Shown: positions 46,060-55,799, counted from the first letter of the stretch. The stretch is 64,000 nt of DNA from an uncultured Gammaproteobacteria bacterium (GCA_964596355.1 CAZQTD010000001.1:4446-68445), one strand, 5' to 3'. The notes: generated by a model from the sequence alone, not told the origin. Numbers and translations are program-made.

Positions 46060-48291
46060 CTACGGCCACGGGGAAACAATCAGAAGGTCCGTTGTCTGTT
46101 TCGGCAGTTTGCCCCAGAGCTCTTCAGTCACAAACGGCATGAATGGGTGGGTGAGCTTGAGAATTGTTAAAAATACGTGATGAACAACAGCGAGCGTTTG
46201 GAGATCGCCGGATTTGAATCGTTCTTTGTTTTTTTCAAGATGCACGTCGGCTAACCGGTGCCAAGTAAATGCGTAAATTCGCTGTGCGGCGTCCGAGTAG
46301 CGATAGGTTTCCATGCAGTGCGTCACTGCCGCTTTCATCATGTTGAGCTCTGTAATAATTCGCTGGTCAAAGGGGTTGGTAAGTTTCTTATGCAGTGCTT
46401 CATCATAAAAAACAAATTGTTTCATTGTTGCATTGTTGCATTGCGCAATGGCTAATGTGATAAATCTGCCGATATTCCAGAGTTTATTGGCGAAATTTCT
46501 CATGCCTCGGATTTTATCTTCTGACAGCGATTGGTCATGGCCTGCAGCCGTGCCGAATACGAGCGCCATGCGAAGCGCATCTGCCCCGTATTTGTTGATC
46601 ATCTCAAGCGGATTGATCACATTCCCTTTGCTTTTGCTCATTTTCTTGCCTTTAGCGTCGCGAACAAGTCCGTGGAGGTAAACGGTTTTAAAAGGCACGT
46701 TTGAGGTCATGTACAGCCCTAGAAAGGCCATACGACATACCCACCATGGCAAAATATCATATCCAGTCTCCATGACGCTCGTGGGGTAGAAGCGTGCGAA
46801 GTCGGATGGTGCGTTTTTTTCTTCTGAATTTGAGCTGTGGAAGTTCATATTGGAAGTGTCGCCTTGTGCAAGCAGCGTGGCGAAGGGCCACTGGCCGCTG
46901 CTAAACCACGTGTCAAACGTGTCGGGGTCTTGGACAAGGTTGGATCCGCCGCACGATGGACACGAGGCGGGAGTTTCTCCTTCGGTAACAATCCATTGTT
47001 GATTGGTTGTGCAGTCTTTGCATTGCCAAGCAGGAATTCTTATACCCCAGACGAGCTGCCTTGAAATGTTCCAGTCGTGAAACTCCGTAAGCCAGCGGAT
47101 GGCGGCCTTTTCAAAACGCTTGGGGATAAACGTGATTTTTTTATCTTTTATTGCTTGTATTGCTTTATTTGCTAACGGCTTCACCCGAACGTACCACTGG
47201 GGAAGAGGGAGAGGTTCAAGGACCGACCCGCATTTGTAGCATGTTGAAACAGTGTGGGTATAACTGTTGTCGACATGGTCCAAGAGCCCGTTCGCTTTAA
47301 GGTCCGCGACGACTTTTTCGCGTGCAGCCTTCACCTTCAGCCCTGCGTACGGGCCGCATAAATCCGTCAGCCTGCCGTCAAAACCGATTACCTGCTTCAT
47401 GGGCAAGTTATGGCGTTTGGCAATGTCAAAATCCGTTTGATCGTGGGCAGGCGTCACTTTGGTAACTCCTGTGCCGAATTTCGGATCAATCACCGGATCA
47501 GCGATCACGTTCACGCTGAATGGACCGATGAGACCTTGAACTTCTATTTTCTTGCCCACCCACTGTTTATACCGCTTGTCTTTGGGATTGACAGCAACAG
47601 CGGTATCGCCGAACTTGGTTTCCGGCCGCACGGTTGCAAGCACAAACGGGCCGTATTTTATGTAGTAGAGAGGGTCGGTTTGCTCCACGTGCTTGACTTC
47701 AAGATCAGAAAATCCGGTGCCGCACGTGGTGCAGTAGTTGACGAGGCGTGCGTCGCGGTATATCAAGCCATCATCATACAATTTCTTAAATGTTTTGTAG
47801 ACGATTGCAACGATTTTCGGATCCAAAGTAAAGACGTTCCGCGACCAGTCCAGAGAAAATCCGAGCCTGCGCAGCTGATTTTCCATGGTGCCGCGGTTTT
47901 GTTGCACAAAATCCCAGATCATTTTGTAGAGCGTCTCGCGGTCAAAATCAAAGCGGCTTTTGCCTTGTTTTTGCAGCTGTTTTTCAAAGACGTACTGTGT
48001 CTCAAACCCCGCGTGGTCTGCGCCGGGAAGCCACAGCGTTGGGTCGCCCTTCATCCGGTGGTAGCGCACCATGATGTCCTCGATGACGTACATTGCGTGT
48101 CCCAAGTGAAGATCGGCATTGGCGTTGGGGGGAGGGAGGATGACAGTGAAGGGCGCATTGGTGCCCACAGAGGTCAGCTCTTCGGGATTTTTAAGGCCTG
48201 AACTTGGCTTTTTTGGTTGAAAATAGCCGCCAGTTTCCCAGCATTTATAGATTTCCTCTTCCACCGCTTTTGGATCGTACGTCTTGTTCAT
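46060..48291 (-). CDS. valS: valine--tRNA ligase (short form, no long C-terminal coiled coil)
   Basis: PPPNANADLHLGHA (HIGH region) and KMSKSKGN. 744 aa from internal ATG. Confidence 0.8.
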   Translation of the reverse strand: MNKTYDPKAVEEEIYKCWETGGYFQPKKPSSGLKNPEELTSVGTNAPFTVILPPPNANADLHLGHAMYVIEDIMVRYHRMKGDPTLWLPGADHAGFETQYVFEKQLQKQGKSRFDFDRETLYKMIWDFVQQNRGTMENQLRRLGFSLDWSRNVFTLDPKIVAIVYKTFKKLYDDGLIYRDARLVNYCTTCGTGFSDLEVKHVEQTDPLYYIKYGPFVLATVRPETKFGDTAVAVNPKDKRYKQWVGKKIEVQGLIGPFSVNVIADPVIDPKFGTGVTKVTPAHDQTDFDIAKRHNLPMKQVIGFDGRLTDLCGPYAGLKVKAAREKVVADLKANGLLDHVDNSYTHTVSTCYKCGSVLEPLPLPQWYVRVKPLANKAIQAIKDKKITFIPKRFEKAAIRWLTEFHDWNISRQLVWGIRIPAWQCKDCTTNQQWIVTEGETPASCPSCGGSNLVQDPDTFDTWFSSGQWPFATLLAQGDTSNMNFHSSNSEEKNAPSDFARFYPTSVMETGYDILPWWVCRMAFLGLYMTSNVPFKTVYLHGLVRDAKGKKMSKSKGNVINPLEMINKYGADALRMALVFGTAAGHDQSLSEDKIRGMRNFANKLWNIGRFITLAIAQCNNATMKQFVFYDEALHKKLTNPFDQRIITELNMMKAAVTHCMETYRYSDAAQRIYAFTWHRLADVHLEKNKERFKSGDLQTLAVVHHVFLTILKLTHPFMPFVTEELWGKLPKQTTDLLIVSPWP

Positions 48292-48861
48292 GAGGGTATT
48301 GTACGTCAGATGAGTGAGCAGGATCAACCGGAATTAGTAGCGCGCGGAACAGGTTTGTCAAGCACTGGCGTGCTGTTAGACGAACGCTGGGCGAATGGCA
48401 GACGTTACTCAAGGTGAAAATGTATAATCCACTTGCTGCAGCTTGCGGTTTATACATTTTCTCTGAAGTGTGTGAATGGGTTACGGAAGCACAGATTTGA
48501 GGTAGGCTTCCACTCCTTTTTCAAGGAATGCCTTGATTCCCTCGACAGTATAGGATTTTTTGAGAAATATCGTGTCAACAATTTTTTATATCATCAAAAT
48601 GCGTGAGTTGTCCCCAAAAAAGCTTCGCATTACATTCGCCCATCCGCCAAGCGCCTCGGCGCCCATGGCAAACACTTTGCGTATTTCACGGTCGTCCAAA
48701 TGAATGATGGGGACAGAATCGGTTATGTTATTTGCTGGTGAAGCTGCGCATAAAGGAGGTACACAACAATCAATTCACTATAGACAGTCTGTTGAACACG
48801 TTCAAAAAGCCGTAGTCATCCGGGGTCAGAATAACGATCAGGATCATTCGCTGGGATAAGA

Positions 48862-49152
48862 TTATTGAGTGTCTCCACCGAGATCGTTCATGACACTTTT
48901 AATAAGTGAAATTACGCGGTCGGCAAATAGTTGAGGGTCAGTGTTTAGCTCGATTGCGACTTTTTGTATATTGGATGCAAGCATTTGAAGTGCGCGTTCA
49001 GTTTCAGGAGATGGAGGGTTTTGGGCAATGCCAAAAAACAACGTGGCCAGGAGGTGTGCCCGCCGTTCACATTCGGGGAATCGGGGATTCCCAAGACAGG
49101 ACGATCGACGACAGGGATCTTCAGTGATGGGACAGCGGATTGGCTCACGCAT
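48862..49152 (-). CDS. hypothetical small protein downstream of xerD-like gene
   Basis: 96-aa ORF 8 bp after the recombinase stop. No motifs. Confidence 0.25.
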   Translation of the reverse strand: MREPIRCPITEDPCRRSSCLGNPRFPECERRAHLLATLFFGIAQNPPSPETERALQMLASNIQKVAIELNTDPQLFADRVISLIKSVMNDLGGDTQ

Positions 49153-49160
49153 GAGCGAAA

Positions 49161-50030
49161 TTACAGTTCTTCGAGTTTCACGCTATCGCTTTGCTTGTCT
49201 TTGACAAGCTCCAGGTAGCGCTCGGTCGTAGAAAGGCGCTTGTGGCCGACGAGTTTACTAAGCGTCGTAATGGCTGTTCCTGCCATCAGGTGGTGAGCAA
49301 TAAAGGTGTGGCGAAGATCGTTGACTTTGGCTCCCTCGATGCCTGCTATTCTAAAATAGCGGTCAATAGCGGTCCGAATGTTCCGGATAAGGAGCGGCCG
49401 GCCGGTTTTGGTGATAAACAGCGCCTTGCTTTGACTTGAGCCTGTCGAAGGGCCACGGATTGCCAGGTAGCGCTCGAGCGCTTCTTTCGCTGCTTTATTG
49501 AGCGGCACCACGCGTTCCGCATGGCCTTCCTGTGCGGAGATGTGGAGCTCATTGGGCTTGACGTCGTCAAGCCCAAGATTGGCCAGCTCGCCGATACGGA
49601 TACCAGTTTGCAAAAACAGCTCGACAATTGCGTAGATTCTGGTGTCGCCGCGGCACGCGTCACGAAGCGCGCGGTATTCGATTTTGGAAAGGATCCGCGG
49701 CGGCTTGACTTCGTACTTGGGGTGTTCGATTTCAATTGCCGGATCACTCGTCAGGATACCCGAGGCCTTTAGGAATCTAAAAAAGGTTTTAATCGAGTTG
49801 ATTTTTCGAGAAATGGATTTGGGCGTGTAGCTATCTGAAGCAAGTTTTTTGAGGAAAGCATCCAGTTCGTCGCGGGAAATATCACCCACGGTTTTTTTCC
49901 CCGCGTTGGTTAAGAATGTGATGAGTTGTTCTATGTCTTTGCCGTATGCTACGATGGTAGCGCGCGCGCGTCTGCGCGTGCCTAAATACTCAATAAATTG
50001 TTGGTGGGCGGTTTTAAGATCGGTTGCCAT
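49161..50030 (-). CDS. xerD: tyrosine recombinase XerC/XerD family
   Basis: 289 aa. N-terminal SAM-like domain. Catalytic R...HT..H..(H)R.STTERY residues: LRHTFIAHHL ... GHKRLSTTERYLEL. Confidence 0.8.
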   Translation of the reverse strand: MATDLKTAHQQFIEYLGTRRRARATIVAYGKDIEQLITFLTNAGKKTVGDISRDELDAFLKKLASDSYTPKSISRKINSIKTFFRFLKASGILTSDPAIEIEHPKYEVKPPRILSKIEYRALRDACRGDTRIYAIVELFLQTGIRIGELANLGLDDVKPNELHISAQEGHAERVVPLNKAAKEALERYLAIRGPSTGSSQSKALFITKTGRPLLIRNIRTAIDRYFRIAGIEGAKVNDLRHTFIAHHLMAGTAITTLSKLVGHKRLSTTERYLELVKDKQSDSVKLEEL

Positions 50031-50152
50031 ACTGATGTGCGACTGGCAGGTTAAGTTTAACGTTTGGCGCGTACAGCCAATCTAAAGAAGACTAGGATAT
50101 CCTATAATATCATGAAAAAAGCTGGAATGCAAGATAGAAAACAAGGCGCCGC

Positions 50153-50509
50153 ATGAATACTGTTATCCGTCACCCGCTCGTACGGCTGGGCATTGCGCTT
50201 GTCAGCATGATCGTGAGCGCTGGTCTTATCCGCTCGATTCTGTCTCTTTGGCGCAAAAAAGACCTGGTGCGGCAAAGGCGGATGGTTCTCGAGCGTGTGG
50301 AAAAAGAACATGCAGAGCTCCAAAGGAAGCTTGAAGAAGCAACCAGTTCTGCGTTTGTTGAACAAATCGCGCGCAACAAGCTTGGGCTTATTAAAGAGGG
50401 AGAAAAAATCGTTCTCATGGAAATTCCAACCGGAAACAATGAAACAGCGGATGGCTCGGGCGAAGACGATCTGCCCAACTGGAAGAAGTGGTGGCAGTTG
50501 TTTTTCTGA
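50153..50509 (+). CDS. ftsB: septum formation initiator FtsB/DivIC-family protein
   Basis: N-terminal TM, then coiled coil ...RRMVLERVEKEHAELQRKLEEATSSAFVEQIARNKLGLIKEGEKIV. Confidence 0.7.
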   Translation: MNTVIRHPLVRLGIALVSMIVSAGLIRSILSLWRKKDLVRQRRMVLERVEKEHAELQRKLEEATSSAFVEQIARNKLGLIKEGEKIVLMEIPTGNNETADGSGEDDLPNWKKWWQLFF

Positions 50510-50556
50510 AACGTGCTTGCGCTGAGAAGTTCCGAGCGAAGCGAGGAACAGCGAAG

Positions 50557-50628
50557 TGTCAGGGGAGGGGATCGAACCCTCGACCGCAGCGTTATGAATG
50601 CTGTGCTCTACCACTGAGCTACCCTGAC
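50557..50628 (-). tRNA. tRNA with CAU anticodon (Met elongator or Ile-lysidine type), 72 nt without CCA
   Basis: Hand fold of the reverse strand (GTCAGGG TA GCTC AGTGGTA GAGC A CAGCA TTCATAA CGCTG CGGTC GAGGG TTCGATC CCCTC CCCTGAC A): G1-C72 pair, D-loop with GG, T-loop TTCGATC. Confidence 0.75.
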
Positions 50629-50680
50629 AACTGTCTCATTCTACGAAAGTTGAGGTCAAAAGGCAATCAGTTGATTGTAA

Positions 50681-51280
50681 TCAGTTGGTTGTAATGTGGA
50701 CGCGCGCGTGTTGAATAACGGCGGGATATTGGAGCTGTGTTTTCATCTGGACTTTATAGAGTTTTTCGCCGTCATCAAGTGTTACCGGCGGGGACTGAAG
50801 TGTGGCAGGTCCGGCGCCTTCCATGGAGAGCTCTGATCCCCACACCCTGCGGCCGTCAGTTGCGTTTGTTAGCCGTACCCACACTGTTTGATTTGCTGTC
50901 GGCACGGCAACCGTAACTTCAAAAATCACGCGTTTTACCTTTTTATACGCGTTCATGTCTATATACGCCTGTACGCCGGGCACATCGGTCCAATCAGCTG
51001 CGCTTCCCGTTCCTTGGCCCATGGGAATGTAGTATTCTTTGGCTGCGGTTGCGGTTGTCGTAGTCGTCGTCTTTAGACTGTTAATCGCAGAAAGACATGC
51101 TTTTGGGCACGCGCTGGCGGCAGATGTCGTTTCACCAAGGACCGCAGGCGAATACGGCAGCGAACGGATGAAGAAATAGTCAAGAACCACGAGATTGATG
51201 ACAACAAGTACTGCACCGCCGGCAAGGAGAAATGGCGATATTTGCGCTCTCTGCGGCCGAGATTTCATCGTTACTTTCAC
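50681..51280 (-). CDS. hypothetical membrane-anchored/exported protein
   Basis: 199 aa. N-terminal TM (ISPFLLAGGAVLVVINLVVL) and a Thr-rich linker. Confidence 0.4.
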   Translation of the reverse strand: MKVTMKSRPQRAQISPFLLAGGAVLVVINLVVLDYFFIRSLPYSPAVLGETTSAASACPKACLSAINSLKTTTTTTATAAKEYYIPMGQGTGSAADWTDVPGVQAYIDMNAYKKVKRVIFEVTVAVPTANQTVWVRLTNATDGRRVWGSELSMEGAGPATLQSPPVTLDDGEKLYKVQMKTQLQYPAVIQHARVHITTN

Positions 51281-51316
51281 TGTACGGGAGGAATGGGGGG
51301 GTTGTCAAACACTTGT

Positions 51317-51386
51317 TGCGGGGCCGGGAATCGCACCCGGTCTAGAAGATTATGAGCCTTCTGTGCGACTTTACACTACCCCGCGG
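51317..51386 (-). tRNA. tRNA-like element with CAU anticodon and initiator-like C1-A72 / CGCGGGG...CCCCGCAA ends, but aberrant D- and T-loops (possible divergent tRNA-fMet or pseudo-tRNA)
   Basis: Hand fold: CGCGGGG TA GTGT AAAGTC GCAC A GAAGG CTCATAA TCTTC TAGA CCGGG TGCGATT CCCGG CCCCGCA A. 70 nt, no G18G19, G at position 55. Confidence 0.35.
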
Positions 51387-51623
51387 TTCTATAACAGAAC
51401 CGTATCATTATACGCAGTTGATATATTCAGGTCAATCTTTCTCGATGAGCAATCTGCTTAACGGAATGAAACGATGGTTTTCGTGTAGGTAAAACCGTTG
51501 GAGGCAGAAAGGACGACAGCGGCCGTTGTTACTATGTTTTATAACATAGTAACAGAAAGACGCGGGAGATGTTCAAGGTTTTTTTGGTGGCACAATAAGG
51601 AAAAACTGGTACAATAAGAAGCG

Positions 51624-52697
51624 ATGAAGCGCATATTGTCCGGCATCACGCCAAGCGGAGACGGAAGTCTCCACATCGGCAACTATTTAGGAGCAGTCAG
51701 GCAGTTTAAGGAACTGGCGCAGGAGCACGACTGTTTCCTGTTTGTCGCGGATCTACACGCGCTCACGACGGTGCAAAACAGGGAGCAGCTGCAGAAAAAC
51801 ATCGAGACCCTCATTCTTAACGAGCTTGCGCTCCTTGGAGATTTGAAGAACATTACCTTTTTCCGCCAGTCCGATGTGCCGATGCATACAGAGCTCCAGT
51901 CGATCCTCAACAACGTGACGCCGCTGGGGCTTCTGAAGCGCGCGCACGCATATAAAGACAAGCTCGCTAACGACGTTGGCGAAGACGAGATTAATCTTGG
52001 CTTGTTTACTTATCCGATTCTGATGGCGTCGGACATTCTTCTGTATCAGTCCGATTTGGTGCCGGTTGGCCGCGACCAGAAGCAGCACGTGGAAATTACC
52101 AGAGACATCGCCGAGCGGTTTAATAGAGTATTTCCAATGAGACTGAAGGACGGTAGCCGTTTGGGATCTTCAGGACTTGACGCTGTTTTTAAGCTGCCCG
52201 AGTCGTATATACGAGACGATGTTGCGGTGATATTGGGTACTGATGGCAAGCGGAAAATGAGTAAGTCGTTGGGGAATATCATCAGCATTTTTGACGACGA
52301 AGCGGTTATCAAAAAACAAGTCATGGGGTGCTACACCGACCCGACCCGGAAGCGCGCCACTGACCTGGGGCATATCGAGGGCAACATGGTGTTTGCCTAT
52401 CTGGAGTTCTTTGGCGATCCCGCGCGTGTTGCTCAACTAAAAGAACACTACAAAAAGGGAAGCGTGGGGGATGTGGACGTTAAACAGTATTTGTTTGAGA
52501 GCCTCATGAAAACGTTTGCTCCAGCGAGGACTCGGTATCAAGACCTTAAGCGTCATCCCGAGCAGGTTGCGAAAATTTTGCACGACGGCGCCTCCAGAGC
52601 GCGCGCGGTCGCCGCTATTACGATGGAGCGTGTGCGGGAAGCGATCGGGCTAACCAATATTTATTCCTTCTTTCGCTACGAGGAGTCGGAGAGGTAG
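51624..52697 (+). CDS. trpS: tryptophan--tRNA ligase
   Basis: GITPSGDGSLHIGNYLG and KMSKSLGN. Confidence 0.9.
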   Translation: MKRILSGITPSGDGSLHIGNYLGAVRQFKELAQEHDCFLFVADLHALTTVQNREQLQKNIETLILNELALLGDLKNITFFRQSDVPMHTELQSILNNVTPLGLLKRAHAYKDKLANDVGEDEINLGLFTYPILMASDILLYQSDLVPVGRDQKQHVEITRDIAERFNRVFPMRLKDGSRLGSSGLDAVFKLPESYIRDDVAVILGTDGKRKMSKSLGNIISIFDDEAVIKKQVMGCYTDPTRKRATDLGHIEGNMVFAYLEFFGDPARVAQLKEHYKKGSVGDVDVKQYLFESLMKTFAPARTRYQDLKRHPEQVAKILHDGASRARAVAAITMERVREAIGLTNIYSFFRYEESER

Positions 52698-53077
52698 CCT
52701 TTGACTTTGGCAATCACCTGGTCCGGTGTGTGTTCGCTTTTGATCATGTAGCCGCTTGCGCCTAAGCCAAGCGCCTGTGAGATCACTGCTTCCTGGCCCA
52801 GGTTGGAGAGGATTACGATTTTTTTGTTTGGCTTAAGCGGCGGTGTTTCGTTCGTTAATTTTTCCAATATTTTGAGGCCGTCCATCTGCGGCAGCATGAT
52901 GTCAAGAAGCACCAAATCGTAGCCTCCTTCGTACATTTTACCGTAGCCCTCGATGCCGTTGGTTGCGCAGTCAACGTCGAATTTTTCATCCTTGAGGATT
53001 TCTACGTACAGGTCGCGTAAATACTCGTCATCTTCCACGACCAGAATTCTTTTGGGCATCTGCGGTTCGTTTGCCAT
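52676..53077 (-). CDS. stand-alone response regulator receiver domain (CheY-like)
   Basis: 133 aa. ILVVEDD...DLVLLDIMLPQMDG...K. Confidence 0.8.
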   Translation of the reverse strand: MANEPQMPKRILVVEDDEYLRDLYVEILKDEKFDVDCATNGIEGYGKMYEGGYDLVLLDIMLPQMDGLKILEKLTNETPPLKPNKKIVILSNLGQEAVISQALGLGASGYMIKSEHTPDQVIAKVKGYLSDSS

Positions 53078-53143
53078 ACGATGGATCCTTTTTGAGTGTA
53101 AACTACATCACACCGGTTTCGCAACTGGGGTATTGCAAGCGCG

Positions 53144-54577
53144 CTATGCCGCCGGAAGCGTGAAGGTGAAGGTGGAGCCGCGGCCTTCTTCTGACTCGGC
53201 GCTGATCGTGCCGCCGGAGAGCTCCACGTACTGTTTACATATGTAGAGCTCCAAGCCCGACCCACTGCCGGTTATTGTGACCAGTGAGTGTTCGAGCCTG
53301 CCGAACTTGGTAAACAGTTTACCCATATCTTCCTGTTTAATCCCGCGGCCGGTGTCGGCGACTGATACTTCGACAAACCCATTTTTTCGCCTCGCGCTGA
53401 TCGTAATTGTGCCACCGCGGTCGGTAAACTTGCACGCATTTCCCACGAGATTTTTCATGACTTGGTGGATTTTTTCGCGGTCGGCAAGCACGGACGGCGC
53501 GTCATTGGGCAGATCCATAGCAAGCGTCAGGCCCAGCTCGGCGGCTTTAGCGCTGAATTCGTTTTGGATGTCCTGAACCAGGTCGCGGATAGAAAAGGCG
53601 GTTGTATTGAGCGTCACTTTACCGCCTTCGATTCTTGAAATATCGAGCATTTCGTTGACGAGGCGGATGAGCCGCTCTGTTGAGGAATACACCCGCGCGA
53701 TATACTCTCGCGCCTTCGGGTCGATCGCACCGCCGCGGCCGTTGAGCGCAAGCCATGCATAGCTTTTGATCGCCGTCATCGGAGTCCGTAGTTCATGCGA
53801 CGCCACCGACACGAATTCATCCTTGAGTTTATCCAAAAGCTCTAGTCGCTGATTAGCGGATTCCAACTGGTTATTTGCTTTGCGGATATTTTCTAAAAGT
53901 TGTGCGCGGTCAATGGCGATTGCCACGACACTAATGACTTCCAGAAGCGTTTCTTTTTCCGCGCGGGAGAGATCATTAACGCTTTTGGTTAAGCCTAGGC
54001 ACAGGACGCCGAGCGCACGATCGGCAAGGAGGAGGGGATACATGATGAGCGTTTTAATGCCCATAACCTGTTTAATTTCGTCGGACAACTCTTGATCGGT
54101 AAGAGGAGTAAGCAGGTCCAAGAGGTTGCCGGTGATTTTTTGCTCTTTATCGACAATCGCAGCGACGGCGAGGTTATGGGTATTGTCAAGCGAAATGACC
54201 AGTTTCGAGAGGGGTTTGCCCAGGAGTTTGAGCGCCTCTTGCACGGATTTCGTCTGGGTGATGGCTGCGGGATAAAGCAGATGCTCTTTAGCATCGACCA
54301 GGCTTATGAGGACGACAGCGAGGCCCAGTTCCTCGGTAATGATATCGACGATGCGCTGCGTCACTTCCGCTACTCCCGTAGCTCGCATCGTGATATCCGA
54401 CACCCGGCGAAGGACGCTTAACGTCTTGTTGCGGATGGACAGTTCGACGTTTTGCTTGTACACTGCGGCATTTGCTTCTGCTAGGAGAACCTCACGGTCC
54501 TTGGGCTGTTGTTTGGTTTTGGGGGGAACGTTCGGTGACTGGCCGGAACCGGTAAACAACTGATCGTGGACAGGCAT
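53144..54577 (-). CDS. cytoplasmic sensor histidine kinase with coiled coil and GAF domain
   Basis: H-box SHELRTPMTAIKSY. HATPase_c N/G boxes: NLVGNACKF ... DTGRGI ... GSGLEL. Confidence 0.8.
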   Translation of the reverse strand: MPVHDQLFTGSGQSPNVPPKTKQQPKDREVLLAEANAAVYKQNVELSIRNKTLSVLRRVSDITMRATGVAEVTQRIVDIITEELGLAVVLISLVDAKEHLLYPAAITQTKSVQEALKLLGKPLSKLVISLDNTHNLAVAAIVDKEQKITGNLLDLLTPLTDQELSDEIKQVMGIKTLIMYPLLLADRALGVLCLGLTKSVNDLSRAEKETLLEVISVVAIAIDRAQLLENIRKANNQLESANQRLELLDKLKDEFVSVASHELRTPMTAIKSYAWLALNGRGGAIDPKAREYIARVYSSTERLIRLVNEMLDISRIEGGKVTLNTTAFSIRDLVQDIQNEFSAKAAELGLTLAMDLPNDAPSVLADREKIHQVMKNLVGNACKFTDRGGTITISARRKNGFVEVSVADTGRGIKQEDMGKLFTKFGRLEHSLVTITGSGSGLELYICKQYVELSGGTISAESEEGRGSTFTFTLPAA

Positions 54578-54595
54578 ATTGGATGTATTATGTCA

Positions 54596-54886
54596 TTATT
54601 TGAGGATATCAGGAAGGTCTTTATCTGACACGCGAACGCGCGTTTCTTTCAGCGCGTCTTTGCAGACTTCCACCGACGCTTGACCAAAGAGTTGTTCATA
54701 CTGTTGCACAAGTTGCTCAAGGAGAAATTTCGGATCTGTCTTCGTATCTATTTGTACGTCGCCAGGAGAGTTCGCCTTGAGACCGCGGACTTTGTTGGCT
54801 TGTTCGATAGCCAGTGGGCCGATGATCGCGGCTTGGTGTTCGATAATCGACTGGGTGATTTGTTTCAAGCTTGCGATGTTGAGCAT
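54596..54886 (-). CDS. hypothetical small protein upstream of the HK/RR pair
   Basis: 96-aa ORF. No motifs. Confidence 0.3.
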   Translation of the reverse strand: MLNIASLKQITQSIIEHQAAIIGPLAIEQANKVRGLKANSPGDVQIDTKTDPKFLLEQLVQQYEQLFGQASVEVCKDALKETRVRVSDKDLPDILK

Positions 54887-54932
54887 GGCATATTTTAATT
54901 TTCGTTAATATATTTTCGTTAAATAGCAGAAT

Positions 54933-55799
54933 CTATGCCTTTTTGTTTTCCTGTAAACGGTTATAGATTGTTTTAAACTGCAAAAGACCAACCGTCATAA
55001 TGAAATATGCGCATAAGAACATATAGTCATTTATTCCTCCGGCATACCACGTATCGATACTTGCTTGATAGAGAAACGTCCAGTCTGCCGCAAATTGAGC
55101 AACGAGAGCAAAAAGAATAAACAGTACTTTGTTTTTCATTACCCCGCCGAGCACACGCTTCGTCAGTAAATAGGTCAAAAGGGCAAGTGAAATGTATATC
55201 GCCTGCCCAAGTGGGACGGCAAAATCAAGAAAAACCGTGAGTGGACTGGACCAGTCAAATTCGTATTTCTGCAAAAACAGGAAATATGATAATGCTAGCA
55301 TTACAAGAGGAATAATGATTGCCTGTATTTTATTTGTTAACGCCTTCAAAGAAATACGGATGCCGGAGGCTCGAGCTAAATAGATAACTGCCAAGGTATA
55401 GATGGGAATGGTGATATAAAAGAATACGTCACCAACCGAAGGATAAGGGACTGGTATATGGAGGAAGTAAATATAATAGGAATAGGCCAACTGTCCAATT
55501 TCTTGGAATAGCAACCCAATGGCAAAAAAGAATAGGCTTTTGCCCATAATACTATGAAATCCTCCCCATTTTCGTGAAATACCTATTCCAAGTATCCCTC
55601 CACCCAATGCGATTACTCCGTATACTGCCGCAAATAATTGATTGGAATAACTTTCGGGGGGGAGATTCATAAAACGAAGAGTAATCCACCATATAGTTAG
55701 AAGAATAAACGAGGCTACGATAATCTTTGCTGAAATTTCTTTTTTTATTGTCAACATCATATTTAAATTCAGCGTATATACCTTTCCATTAAATGTCAA
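54933..55799 (-). CDS. polytopic membrane protein, unknown function (AT-rich island)
   Basis: 288 aa with about 8 TM. Roughly 37% GC. Confidence 0.45.
   Translation of the reverse strand: MTFNGKVYTLNLNMMLTIKKEISAKIIVASFILLTIWWITLRFMNLPPESYSNQLFAAVYGVIALGGGILGIGISRKWGGFHSIMGKSLFFFAIGLLFQEIGQLAYSYYIYFLHIPVPYPSVGDVFFYITIPIYTLAVIYLARASGIRISLKALTNKIQAIIIPLVMLALSYFLFLQKYEFDWSSPLTVFLDFAVPLGQAIYISLALLTYLLTKRVLGGVMKNKVLFILFALVAQFAADWTFLYQASIDTWYAGGINDYMFLCAYFIMTVGLLQFKTIYNRLQENKKA

Noticed and set aside
46060-48291. Short ValRS (744 aa) as an anomaly
   Set aside because: HIGH and KMSKS motifs and the editing region are present. Loss of the C-terminal coiled coil is common in reduced genomes and is not by itself remarkable.
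48328-48860. Possible RNase P RNA / tmRNA / SRP RNA in the long spacer
   Set aside because: None of the hallmark conserved strings (tmRNA GGGGCUGA.../...CUCCACCA tail, RNase P GGGCAGG-type P4, SRP domain IV) were found by eye.
49161-50628. XerD-like recombinase next to a tRNA gene as the boundary of an integrated island
   Set aside because: The protein looks like a chromosomal XerC/XerD (SAM-like N-domain, housekeeping context with ftsB/valS). No direct repeat of the tRNA 3' end was found, and the low-GC island starts ~4 kb away without att-like repeats.
51386-51623. Canonical T-box riboswitch upstream of trpS
   Set aside because: Only a partial GGTGGCAC match. No specifier-loop/stem I or terminator-antiterminator pair could be recognised.
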